Positions 28,646 through 38,620 of a stretch of 45,807 nucleotides of DNA are shown piece after piece. Numbering within the stretch: position 1 is the first letter of the stretch; each line of letters starts with the position of its first letter. The notes under the pieces are model-generated. The model was given only the letters and a program-made list of their open reading frames with translations. It did no database searches and was not told where the DNA came from. The position numbers and the translations under genes were made by a program. Source of the DNA: Chloroflexota bacterium (GTDB taxonomy: Bacteria > Chloroflexota > Dehalococcoidia > UBA2979); the NCBI GenBank assembly GCA_027593235.1, contig JAQCIU010000024.1:1-45807 (forward strand). The letters are read 5' to 3'.

Positions 28646-29095
28646 ATGATCCCCCGACCCCACCTCCGCACCCTGCTCGTCGCCTCGAGCGCCGCCCTGC
28701 TGATCGGCGTCACCGCCGCATGCTCCAGCGACGACGATCCCACCTCGACACCCACGACCGAGGCGTCCTAACCCACGGCGACCGCCACGCTCGAGACGAG
28801 CGCGACGGCCGAGGCGACCACCGCGGCACCGGCCGAGGCCACCGCCACGTCCGAAGCCACGACCACGGCGCCTGCCGACACCCTCTCGGCGAACGACGCC
28901 AGCATCGAGGAACTGACCACCGCCTTCGAGGCCGCCAGCATTTCCAACGCCTCCGTTTGGGCGCGCGAGGTCGACGAATACCGCCCGTACTCCGCGGACG
29001 ACGCCGATTACGCCAAGCTCCGAGGTGAACTCGCGAAGTACAACCCCGGCCCGGGGGTCGTCGACGCGATCATCGCGACGTTGCACCTGCCGTGA
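28646..29095 (+). pseudogene. Lipoprotein with a Thr/Ala linker and small HhH-like domain; in-frame TAA at 28769-28771
   Basis: Translated by hand: MIPRPHLRTLLVASSAALLIGVTAA-C-SSDDD...TEAS*PTATAT...LSANDASIEEL...WAREVDEYRPY...LRGELAKYNPG; GAGGA RBS. Absent from the ORF track. Confidence 0.75.
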
Positions 29096-29120
29096 CCGCT
29101 GCGCTGTTCGAGCGTCCGTT

Positions 29121-29618
29121 GTGACTGGTGAGCCCATCGCTGAGACCGGGAGCCGCTCCACTGCCGTGCTGCGCTTCTCGCTGCTCGCGATCGCGGCGCT
29201 GGGGATCGCCGGCAGCGGTGCGGAGCTGGCTATCGAACGTCACTGGCAAAGCCTGGAACAGATGCTGGCGTGGCTGGCGCTGGCCGTCGCAGCGGTCGGC
29301 CTCTTCGCCATCCTCGGGCGCGGACGACGCGGTGGTCTGTGGCTGGCGCGACTCTGCGCCGTGGTCGCGATTGCCTTCGCCGCGGTCGGTGTCTGGCGGC
29401 ACGTGAACGCCAACTACCAGACAGCCCCGCTCGACTTCCGCTACGAGACCCGCTGGAATGGCATGTCGGAGACCGAACGGCTCTGGGCCGTGCTCAGCGG
29501 CGCGGTCGGTCCGGCGCCGATCCTCGCTTCGGGCATCCTCGCCACGATCGGGATCGCCCTCGGAGCCGCGACGATCGGCATTCCCGTCGACCGCCCGGAG
29601 GACATCGAGGCGGAGTAG
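29121..29618 (+). CDS. Four-TM membrane protein
   Basis: Hydrophobic helices with ELAIERHW...Q, GVWRHV..N and APILASG motifs. Confidence 0.7.
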   Translation: MTGEPIAETGSRSTAVLRFSLLAIAALGIAGSGAELAIERHWQSLEQMLAWLALAVAAVGLFAILGRGRRGGLWLARLCAVVAIAFAAVGVWRHVNANYQTAPLDFRYETRWNGMSETERLWAVLSGAVGPAPILASGILATIGIALGAATIGIPVDRPEDIEAE

Positions 29619-29804
29619 CACCAGCCACTCCGCCGCCCGAGGACCGTCGCGCCTCGCGATTCCTCCGAGGCGCGCTGCCTACCGATCGCGCATGAACGCG
29701 AACGCGATGACGACGGCCACGGCCGCGACGACGAGCACGATGATGGTCATCGGTGAACTCCTACTCGTCGCCGCGCCGCGGGCGGCGTCTTGCTACAGCA
29801 TCCG

Positions 29805-31610
29805 CTAGGTCGCCAGGGCGACCGCTTCCTCGGTGAGGCCGAGCGCGGCCATACCCGCCGGCGTCGGCACGCCGTTCTCGTCCCAGCCCTGGAAGTCGTA
29901 GTACTTCATCACCAGGCCGTCCTGGAACTCCGGCGACAGGCCCTCGTGCATCGGCAGGTCTTCCTGGAAGCGGACCGGCAGCACGTCGTCCGCACGGGTG
30001 AAGCCCTGGCGGTTGTTGAACAGCCGCGCCAGCGTGTGACCGCGGTGAGCGATTGTCTTCATCTCCTCGGCGTCGATGTCCCAGCCGGTGACGGCCTTCA
30101 GGATCTCCATCGTCTGGTCGTTGTCGTAGGCCAGGAAGCTGCAGATGCCAACCGCATTGCGCAGGCCGTTGCGGTCGTTGGTCGGGCTGCCGTGGTCGCC
30201 ACCGGTCGGGGCCAGCAGGTACGTCTCGCGCATGTTCTCCATGTGACGCGGGTCGTGCATCCCCATCTCGACGCCCTTGACCGTGGTCAGGAACTCCTCG
30301 GAGCCCATGCCGAGCTGTTCGGCGACGCGCTGCGAGCCTTCGGCGAGCACGTCGCCGTAGCCGTCGCGCATCGCGATCTTCTCGATCCACTTCACCACGT
30401 CGTCGCCGTGCTGGAAGCGCAGCTGGTCGCCGTCGGTGTCCTCGATCGTGATCAGGCCCTTCTCGTAGGCCTCCATCGCCCAGGCGATCGTCGAGCCCGT
30501 CGAGATGGAGTCCAGCCCGAGGTAGTTGCACATCTCGTTGGCCTTGCAGATCGCCACGAGGTCATCGACGTTCAGGTTCCCGCCGAGCGACGCGAGCGAT
30601 TCGTACTCAGGACCGCCGTATCGAGGATCGACGCGGTAGCGTCCCTGCGGGTCGTAGCTGATCTGCACGCCCTTCTTCGTGACGCCGGCATCGGCCTCGG
30701 ACATCTCGATCTGGACGACCTTCTTGCAGCGCACGGAGCAGGCGAAGCAGGCATCCATCTGGATGCGGTGGTTCTCGCCGACGGCGACCGCGTCGATCTT
30801 CCGGATCTGGTCGAACTGGCCGAGCTTGAAGTTCCTCGACGGTGTACCGCCATCGAGGTTCTTGCCCTCCATCGCGACGCCGGTACCGAAGGCGCTGAAG
30901 TTCGAGTGGTTCTGTTCCAGCGTGCTGGACACCCACTTCGCGGTGCTGGTGAGCACGCTCTTATCCGCGATCGGCACGGACATGGTGCCGCGTACCGCGA
31001 CTGCCTTCAGCTTCTTCGATCCCATGACGGCGCCCATGCCGCCGCGGCCGGCTGCCTCCTTGCCGTCGTTCATCACGCAGGCGAAACGCACGAGGTTCTC
31101 GCCGGCCGGGCCGCACTGCGCGATCCGGATCCGCGGGTCGTCGTGCTCCGCACGAATCGCGTCCTCGACGTCGCCCGTGATCTTCCCCCACAGGTGCGAG
31201 GCGTCGCGGATCTCGACGGTGTCATCGTTGATGTAGAGGTAGACCGGCTTATCCGACGCGCCGTGGATGACGATGCCGTCCCAGCCCGCGCGCTTCAGCT
31301 CAGCGCCCCAGAAGCCGCCAGCTTCGGACTCCGCAATACCGCCGCTCAGCGGCGACTTCGCGCCCACGCTGTGGCGACCGGCACCGGGCACCGGCGCGCC
31401 GGTGATCACGCCGGGCGCGAACACGAAAACGTTGTCCGGGCCCAACGGGTCCGCGCCCGCCGGCACATGCTTCAGCAGGTAATGCGCGGACATCGCGCGC
31501 CCGCCGCCGTACATGCGGTAGAACGCGTCACCGGGCTCCTCAATCGAAGTGGTCCCCGCGTTCAGGTCTACGTGCAGGACCTTATTCCAGTAGCCAAAGC
31601 GCTCAGTCAT
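29805..31610 (-). CDS. aor: Aldehyde:ferredoxin oxidoreductase (W/Mo-pterin AOR family)
   Basis: KSPLSGG, GPAGEN, GRGGMGAVMGSKKLKA, CxxCxxxC (ACFACSVRC), GPEYE, LGLDSIS, DPR and a distal GIC. Confidence 0.93.
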   Translation of the reverse strand: MTERFGYWNKVLHVDLNAGTTSIEEPGDAFYRMYGGGRAMSAHYLLKHVPAGADPLGPDNVFVFAPGVITGAPVPGAGRHSVGAKSPLSGGIAESEAGGFWGAELKRAGWDGIVIHGASDKPVYLYINDDTVEIRDASHLWGKITGDVEDAIRAEHDDPRIRIAQCGPAGENLVRFACVMNDGKEAAGRGGMGAVMGSKKLKAVAVRGTMSVPIADKSVLTSTAKWVSSTLEQNHSNFSAFGTGVAMEGKNLDGGTPSRNFKLGQFDQIRKIDAVAVGENHRIQMDACFACSVRCKKVVQIEMSEADAGVTKKGVQISYDPQGRYRVDPRYGGPEYESLASLGGNLNVDDLVAICKANEMCNYLGLDSISTGSTIAWAMEAYEKGLITIEDTDGDQLRFQHGDDVVKWIEKIAMRDGYGDVLAEGSQRVAEQLGMGSEEFLTTVKGVEMGMHDPRHMENMRETYLLAPTGGDHGSPTNDRNGLRNAVGICSFLAYDNDQTMEILKAVTGWDIDAEEMKTIAHRGHTLARLFNNRQGFTRADDVLPVRFQEDLPMHEGLSPEFQDGLVMKYYDFQGWDENGVPTPAGMAALGLTEEAVALAT

Positions 31611-31948
31611 TGCTCATCGCCTCCCTGAACGTGGTTCGTTGTTGTGATGGTGTCATCGCTGCTGGATCGCGACCGAGTCGCCGCACCACCGGTCATCGCC
31701 GCGACGATCGTTACCTCGTCGCCATCGCTGAGTGGGTCACTGTGTGACGCCTTCGTCCCGTTCACCCCGACCACCAGTGACTGGCGCTCCGGGATCTCCA
31801 ACCGATCCAACAGATCGTCGATCGTCGCAGGCGCCGCCAACTCGAAAGCGCCTTCGCCTCGATCACCGCCCGGCAGATACCGGCGCAGTTCACCGACAAG
31901 CCGGCAGCGGAGAGTCAACGTGCCAACTGAGTCCGGCGACTCACCCAC
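31607..31948 (-). CDS. MoaD/ThiS family sulfur carrier with a C-terminal extension (start approximate)
   Basis: TIDDLLDRLEI...VGVNG...LSDGDEVTIVAAMTGG followed by 25 more residues; stop overlaps the aor ATG. Confidence 0.8.
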   Translation of the reverse strand: MGESPDSVGTLTLRCRLVGELRRYLPGGDRGEGAFELAAPATIDDLLDRLEIPERQSLVVGVNGTKASHSDPLSDGDEVTIVAAMTGGAATRSRSSSDDTITTTNHVQGGDEQ

Positions 31949-32194
31949 TGCTCGACCCCAATCCGCGGAACGGCTGTAATCGCCGACCCCGGCACCATAA
32001 CGGCTCACCACCTGAGTCGGACATGATACCCGCCCTTTCTCCGCTCGTGATCGCCCGGTATCACCGGGCCGCGCCTACTCCCCACCACGGGAGGCCACCC
32101 GAACGCTCGCCTCCCGTTCCGGGAACCTCTCTCCTTCCTCGCTCGTTCTATCGAGAGGCGCGCCACTCTCGAGGTCCGCCGCCCCGGAGGCTCC

Positions 32195-33748
32195 GTGCCA
32201 CGCTCACTCCTCGCCAGCCTGGCCCTCCTCGCCACCCTCGCCACCGTCGCCTGCACCGACAACTCCGAGGACACACCGACACCGTCCGCGACCGCCACTC
32301 CCCAGGTCAGCGCCACTCCGCAGGTCAGCGCTACACCCGAAGTGACGGCGACGCCCGCGCCACCTCGACAGACCATCGCTGGCATCGAGGTCGGTCGCGA
32401 GGTCCGGCGGGTTCACCCGCAGTGCGCCGGTGAGCCAGAGTTCACGATCGGCTCTTACGACGACGTCTTCGACGGGCCGCTCGACTTCCTACCCACCTAC
32501 CTGCCGAGCGGGGCGGAATTGAGGGACCCACCCACCGTGACCATCTGCGGAACGGAGCAAGTCTCGATTGGCTTCAGCTACTGGGTGCGTGGGCACGGCC
32601 TGCTGACGATATTCGCCTTCGTCGGTGAGCCTCTGTTCACTGTCCCCCAGGGCGCCGAGCGGATTGTCCCGATCAACCTTGGCGCCGACGATCCGCGCCC
32701 CGCGCTGATCATTCCGCCAGAGGTGCCGGGCGCGCGGGGCGACAACCTCTTGCTGCTGATCCGCGAGCCGTTCGGCCTCATTACCGTCCATGCGTCCGGT
32801 CTCACCGAGGCGGAATTGATCGCCATCGGCACTGGCGTGCAGCGGGGCGGCAGCCGCGTGCCCGCTCTCGAACCGGTGCCGACCGGCATCCCCGAGGTGG
32901 ACGCCGTCGTCGATGCGGTGCTGACCCACGATAGCGACAGCCTCGTGGCGCTCGTCGATTACCTCACGCTCACGTGCAACTCCAGCGATTCGCCCGGCTA
33001 CGACCTCTCCTGCGACCAGCTCGGGCTCATGCCGGGCACGACGTACGAAGCTCTCGAATCGTCACAATGCGACGGTGGAGTCACGCGGCGCGAAGACGTG
33101 CCGGAGGCGCTCGCCGCCCAATTCAGCCAGGACCTCGCGTTCCACGGCGTCTTCGTCCCGACTGGCGGAGAGACGAGCGCGTCGCACTACCAGGTGTTGT
33201 TCACCGGACCGCAGTTGGCGTTGGGCTCGGGATACACCGCGATCGGGCTGCGCAATGGTCGAATCACAGGGATCACCGGGTCCTGTGGACACCTGCTACC
33301 AGCCAAGCCGGACGTCGAACGATGGATCGTGGAGCCGGCGGCAATGGGCTTCGACCCGCTCGACTTCCTCGGCCCCATCGTGTCGGACCCGACCCGCGTC
33401 CTCCGGACGCTCGAGGGCGCCGGCTTCTCCACAACCCCGCTGTCGGAGGTCGTCACGCTCGACTGGCTCGCGGTCGTGGGCGTCCCACTCACCGGTACAA
33501 CGGTGACCGCCGATGACGCGCGGTTCGCGGTCTTCGATCTGCACAGCGATGCAGGACGGGCGGCGGTCCGCACCGCGATCAAGCGACCTCTGCCCTCGGC
33601 CTCGGCCCACGAGCCCCCTGGTGCCCGCACCATCTGGGTAACCGACCAGATCGTCGTCGTGCTCTGGGACCGCGATCGATTCCCGGCCGTCGAATCGCAA
33701 ATCACCCTCGCCCTCGGCACCCCGGCACTGACCGAGGTGTCCTCGTGA
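32195..33748 (+). CDS. Multi-domain lipoprotein
   Basis: Lipobox LATVA-C, an ATPQVS-repeat linker, and PTYLPSG and TGIPEVDAVV domains; GGAGG RBS. Confidence 0.75.
   Translation: MPRSLLASLALLATLATVACTDNSEDTPTPSATATPQVSATPQVSATPEVTATPAPPRQTIAGIEVGREVRRVHPQCAGEPEFTIGSYDDVFDGPLDFLPTYLPSGAELRDPPTVTICGTEQVSIGFSYWVRGHGLLTIFAFVGEPLFTVPQGAERIVPINLGADDPRPALIIPPEVPGARGDNLLLLIREPFGLITVHASGLTEAELIAIGTGVQRGGSRVPALEPVPTGIPEVDAVVDAVLTHDSDSLVALVDYLTLTCNSSDSPGYDLSCDQLGLMPGTTYEALESSQCDGGVTRREDVPEALAAQFSQDLAFHGVFVPTGGETSASHYQVLFTGPQLALGSGYTAIGLRNGRITGITGSCGHLLPAKPDVERWIVEPAAMGFDPLDFLGPIVSDPTRVLRTLEGAGFSTTPLSEVVTLDWLAVVGVPLTGTTVTADDARFAVFDLHSDAGRAAVRTAIKRPLPSASAHEPPGARTIWVTDQIVVVLWDRDRFPAVESQITLALGTPALTEVSS
32294..32347 (+). 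repeat. Three 18-bp tandem coding repeats (ATPQVS / ATPQVS / ATPEVT)
   Basis: GCCACTCCCCAGGTCAGC GCCACTCCGCAGGTCAGC GCTACACCCGAAGTGACG. Confidence 0.75.
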
Positions 33749-36465
33749 CCCGCGCCTCGACACTCCGCTCGTTCGCCCTCGCCAGCCTCGCCCTCCTCGC
33801 GACCCTCGCGCTCGCCGCCTGCACCGGGGACACCGAGGACACGCCAACCCCCACCGCCACCGCGACTCCCGAGGTGACGGCCACGGCCATCCCGCCTGCC
33901 GTCGTGGACACGCTCACGCTGCCCGAGGGCTGTTCGCTCTTCGACGAGGGGTACTGGGAGCAGCCGTTCACCGCCGGGGTAGCGGCGACGATCGAACTGG
34001 CGACATCACCGTGCGGTGGGGCCGCCCTCGCCGGCGCGGGTCGATTGCGTCTGGAGTGGCGTCCGCTCGGGTTCGAGGATCCCGTCGTGACCGCTGTCCT
34101 CACGCCGGCGACGTCGACCGGCCGCTGGTCGGCGAGCGTGACGTTCCCGGAACCGGGCATCTGGCGGGCTGACCCGCGCGTCGGCAGCGCGAGCTTCTTC
34201 GAGGTCTTCTCCGCCAACGATGGGCTCCGGAGGCCCTACCCCGACCTGCCACTCCCCGCGTCACCGCAAAACATCGTCGTGCTGGACGCCGAGGGCAGCG
34301 CCGTCCTCCATCGCTTCAGTGCCGATTGGGGCCGGGTCGGGATGCTGCGCAACCCGGACCGCGTCCTCTTTGTGCGCCCGCGCGACGGCGGGGCACGGCT
34401 GGTCGCAGCGGACCTCGCGACGGGGTCGGTCGAACCGCTCCTCGATGTCGCGTCGTTCGTCAGCATCTATTCAGCGCCCGACGGGCGCGCGGTCGCCGTC
34501 GAATGGGGCGCACCCGGAAGCGACGTCCGCCACCTCGCGTTGATCGACGGCACCAGCGGCAATATCACCAGGCACGACGACGACCAGGCGGGTTCCGCGA
34601 TCCGTGTCGCCTGGTCGCCGGACTCGCGCTTCCTCCTCGCCGCCGGCAGGCAACTGCGCATATTCGCTTCAGACGGATCGATCTGCGCCGAACGGGTACT
34701 GTCCGAGGCCGACGCGGCGCCCTTGGTCCTGTGGGCGCCGAACTCGCGGTACGCACTCCTGCACTTCTTCGGCCAGCCGACCCGCATCGAGCGAATCGAC
34801 ACGGCCACGCTCGAGCCGAACGCGACACTCAACGTGTCCGCCGCTGCCATGATCACTGCCCTCTCCGCGATCGCGATCGCACCGAGCAGCACCGAGATTG
34901 CGATCGCCTGGACCGTGGGCGCGGGCGAGCCGTTCCAGCTCTCGGTGATCCCCGCGGATCGCCTCGATGGCGCGGCGCTCACCGATTGGTCCGTCGCCGC
35001 GTTCGACGTCATCGAGGGCTTCGGCGAGTTCGGCGGGCTCGCCTGGTCCCCGGACGAAGGGTCCATCGCCTTCACCGCAGCCGGCGTCATCATCGAGGAT
35101 TCCCGACCAGCGCCAGCGGTTAATGCCGGGTCGATTGTCGGGGTACTCGATCTCTCCTCGGGTGGCGCACGCCAGGTGGCGTCGTCCACCGAGTTCTACG
35201 CCACGTACATCAAGGCGCCGGTCTGGTCGGCGGACGGGCGCTCGCTCGTTGCTCTCCGCTTCCCCTGCAGCGGCTGCGGCCCGCCCACGTCCGGCGTCGA
35301 CGTCATCGATGTCGCTGCCGGCTTCATCCTCGAGTCGTTCGAGGACAGTTGGCACGTCGGTCCGGCCAGCGCGGGCGCACACCTCCTCGTAACCCCGCGC
35401 GGTCTCCTACGGACCGACGGTCGTGACCTACACGACCTCGTACTGGGGGCGCCCGGTGGCAACTCGTTCTCCGCCGCGGTCGCCACGCTGCCCACGACCG
35501 CCCGCGAGGGCGCGTTGATCGCGGTCGCCATGGGAACTCCGCGATTCCAGGTCCTTGCCACTCCGGCAGACGGGTCCAACCTCGACTTCCTCGGGACGCC
35601 TGCCGGCGTTCCCGTCGCGCTACTCGATTCGGACCACGCGGTCATCCGGACGGAAGGCGGCTGGTCCCGCGTCCGGCTCAGCGATGGTCGGACTGAGCCA
35701 TATCGCGCCTCGCTGGACGCCCCGGAGAAGTACGACTTCGTGGTCTCCCCGTCCGGCGCGCTTGCGATTGATCTCGACAACGAGGGGTTCGCCATCCTCG
35801 ATCCCAGCGCACCGGCCGCCAGCGCGATCGTCCCGCGACGCGCCATCCCTGGCGGTGTCCGCGGCAGAGCTGCCTGGTCGCCAGGCGAACGGCGGATCGC
35901 CTCCTCCGACACGAACGCCCTCGCGGTCTTCGACCTCGACACCAACGAGGAGCACCTCTTCTCGGTCGACACGCTCGGCCTGAACCCGACCGGCGACGAG
36001 ATGCTCGCCCCACTCTGGGCAGTCGCATGGACCCCGGACGGACGGCTGCTGCTCGCGATGCCAGGCGCCCTCTGGGCGCTCGACGTCGACGCGGGCGTCG
36101 CGACGAGGCTCGTCGATGCGCCACGGCCCGGTGCCTTCACCCAGGGCACGCGCCTCGCCTACTCGCCAGACGGCGGCACGCTCGTCGTAGTCACACAGTT
36201 CGGTGCCTTCGTGCTCAGCCCGAACGACGCCTGGCGCCAGATCGCCTCCCTCGGCGGCGGGACCGCGGGTGGCACGCTCCGCTGGGCGCCGGACGGATCA
36301 GCGATCGCCTACGGCGCGGACTCCGGTCACGTCCCGCAATGGATCATCGTCGTGCCACTCGATGGCAGCGGCGCTTACCGGCTCGTCGGAGGCTTCGCGT
36401 CGCGCGTCCTCGGATGGCTGCCGGACGGGCGTCTCGTCTGGATCGGCGTCGCCCTCGGCGAATAG
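33745..36465 (+). CDS. Large lipoprotein with TolB/WD40-like beta-propeller repeats
   Basis: Lipobox LAA-C; many WSPD/WAPD/WTPDG blades; Ig-like WSASVTFPEPGIWR segment; GTGA overlap with the upstream gene. Confidence 0.85.
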   Translation: MTRASTLRSFALASLALLATLALAACTGDTEDTPTPTATATPEVTATAIPPAVVDTLTLPEGCSLFDEGYWEQPFTAGVAATIELATSPCGGAALAGAGRLRLEWRPLGFEDPVVTAVLTPATSTGRWSASVTFPEPGIWRADPRVGSASFFEVFSANDGLRRPYPDLPLPASPQNIVVLDAEGSAVLHRFSADWGRVGMLRNPDRVLFVRPRDGGARLVAADLATGSVEPLLDVASFVSIYSAPDGRAVAVEWGAPGSDVRHLALIDGTSGNITRHDDDQAGSAIRVAWSPDSRFLLAAGRQLRIFASDGSICAERVLSEADAAPLVLWAPNSRYALLHFFGQPTRIERIDTATLEPNATLNVSAAAMITALSAIAIAPSSTEIAIAWTVGAGEPFQLSVIPADRLDGAALTDWSVAAFDVIEGFGEFGGLAWSPDEGSIAFTAAGVIIEDSRPAPAVNAGSIVGVLDLSSGGARQVASSTEFYATYIKAPVWSADGRSLVALRFPCSGCGPPTSGVDVIDVAAGFILESFEDSWHVGPASAGAHLLVTPRGLLRTDGRDLHDLVLGAPGGNSFSAAVATLPTTAREGALIAVAMGTPRFQVLATPADGSNLDFLGTPAGVPVALLDSDHAVIRTEGGWSRVRLSDGRTEPYRASLDAPEKYDFVVSPSGALAIDLDNEGFAILDPSAPAASAIVPRRAIPGGVRGRAAWSPGERRIASSDTNALAVFDLDTNEEHLFSVDTLGLNPTGDEMLAPLWAVAWTPDGRLLLAMPGALWALDVDAGVATRLVDAPRPGAFTQGTRLAYSPDGGTLVVVTQFGAFVLSPNDAWRQIASLGGGTAGGTLRWAPDGSAIAYGADSGHVPQWIIVVPLDGSGAYRLVGGFASRVLGWLPDGRLVWIGVALGE

Positions 36466-36596
36466 CGGGCGCCGGCCCTGGCCGGATCAGCACGAGCGGC
36501 CCACTACCGACGAATGAGCATCGCACCCACCCTGCAACCCTCGGGGCGTCGGTCGCGTGCACGGCACACCCCACCCGGGCGGGGTATCTTGTTTGC

Positions 36597-37442
36597 ATGG
36601 AACCGCTCCCTCCCGCCGACCAATTCATCCAGCACGTCGCCCAGGCGCGCCGCGATCACGCGCTGCCTCCCGGCATCGAACACCGCACCGAGGAGTTCAC
36701 GCGCCGCACGCTCGCGCTCCTTTTCCCGCACTTCGCCGCCGCCGATCGCGCCTCCGAGGATCAGGTCCGCCGCGAGGTGATCGAGCTCGGCCGCCATCTC
36801 TGCGACCTTCTCGTCGGCCATGGCATGCCGTCGGATCACGCTGGCGAAATCTGCTCCGCATTCATCGAAGACCTCCCTACCCTGCAGCGCGAACTCCAGG
36901 ACGACGCGGTCGCCACATACGAGGGCGATCCGGCCGCACGCAGCGTCGATGAGGTCCTGCTCGCCTACCCGGGCGCGCTCGCTCTCACCTACTACCGCAT
37001 CGCCCACCGCCTGCACGAGCTGGGCGTCGAATTGCTGCCGCGGCTGATCACGGAGCACGCCCACCGGCTGACCGGGATCGACATTCACCCCGGCGCGACG
37101 ATTGGGCGCTCGCTGGCGATCGATCACGGCACCGGCATCGTGATTGGCGAAACGGCGAAGATCGGGGACCACGTCCACCTCTATCAGGGCGTCACGATCG
37201 GTGCCCTGAGCGTCCGCAAGGAACTCGCGCGCCAGAAGCGCCATCCCACGATCGGCGACAACGTCGTCGTCTACGCGAACGCCAGCCTCCTGGGCGGCGA
37301 GACCGTGATCGGTGCCGACAGCATCATCGGCGGCAACGTCTGGCTTACCCACGCGGTGCCGTCTGGATCCGTCGTCACCCACGGCGCCACGGTCCAACGT
37401 CGACGGACGCTCGACGAGCCGCTGCTCGAATATCACATCTGA
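36597..37442 (+). CDS. cysE: Serine O-acetyltransferase
   Basis: GDPAA, YRIAH, TGIDIHPGATIG, IDHGTGIVIGET, YQGVTIG and KRHPTIG motifs; adjacent to cysK. Confidence 0.93.
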   Translation: MEPLPPADQFIQHVAQARRDHALPPGIEHRTEEFTRRTLALLFPHFAAADRASEDQVRREVIELGRHLCDLLVGHGMPSDHAGEICSAFIEDLPTLQRELQDDAVATYEGDPAARSVDEVLLAYPGALALTYYRIAHRLHELGVELLPRLITEHAHRLTGIDIHPGATIGRSLAIDHGTGIVIGETAKIGDHVHLYQGVTIGALSVRKELARQKRHPTIGDNVVVYANASLLGGETVIGADSIIGGNVWLTHAVPSGSVVTHGATVQRRRTLDEPLLEYHI

Positions 37443-37456
37443 CCGCGGTCCCTTCG

Positions 37457-37504
37457 CCCAACCGGACACCCAACCGGACACCCATTCGGACACGCCGCCG
37501 GACA
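37457..37504 (+). repeat. Four 12-bp tandem repeats between cysE and cysK
   Basis: CCCAACCGGACA, CCCAACCGGACA, CCCATTCGGACA, CGCCGCCGGACA. Confidence 0.8.
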
Positions 37505-37602
37505 TCACGTCTGACTGATCCGGACGCCCGCTGATCCCGCTATGCTTCGGTCTCAAGCCGCGCGCCAGCGGCCACGCCCCCCGCACAGCTGAGGACATCC
37601 CC

Positions 37603-38517
<915 letters not shown>

Positions 38518-38620
38518 CCGCTTTCAGCGGCTGATTTCCCTTCGGGGTCTGCGCCTGTCAGGTCGGTCAACGGCGAGGCGCAGGTCCCGAGGGCGGAACA
38601 CCGCCGTCGAACCCGACTGA

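Noticed and set aside
29790-31628. 612-aa plus-strand ORF, and similar antisense ORFs at 6552, 16050, 36504 and 43276
   Set aside because: They mirror well-supported genes on the opposite strand and have no recognisable motifs.
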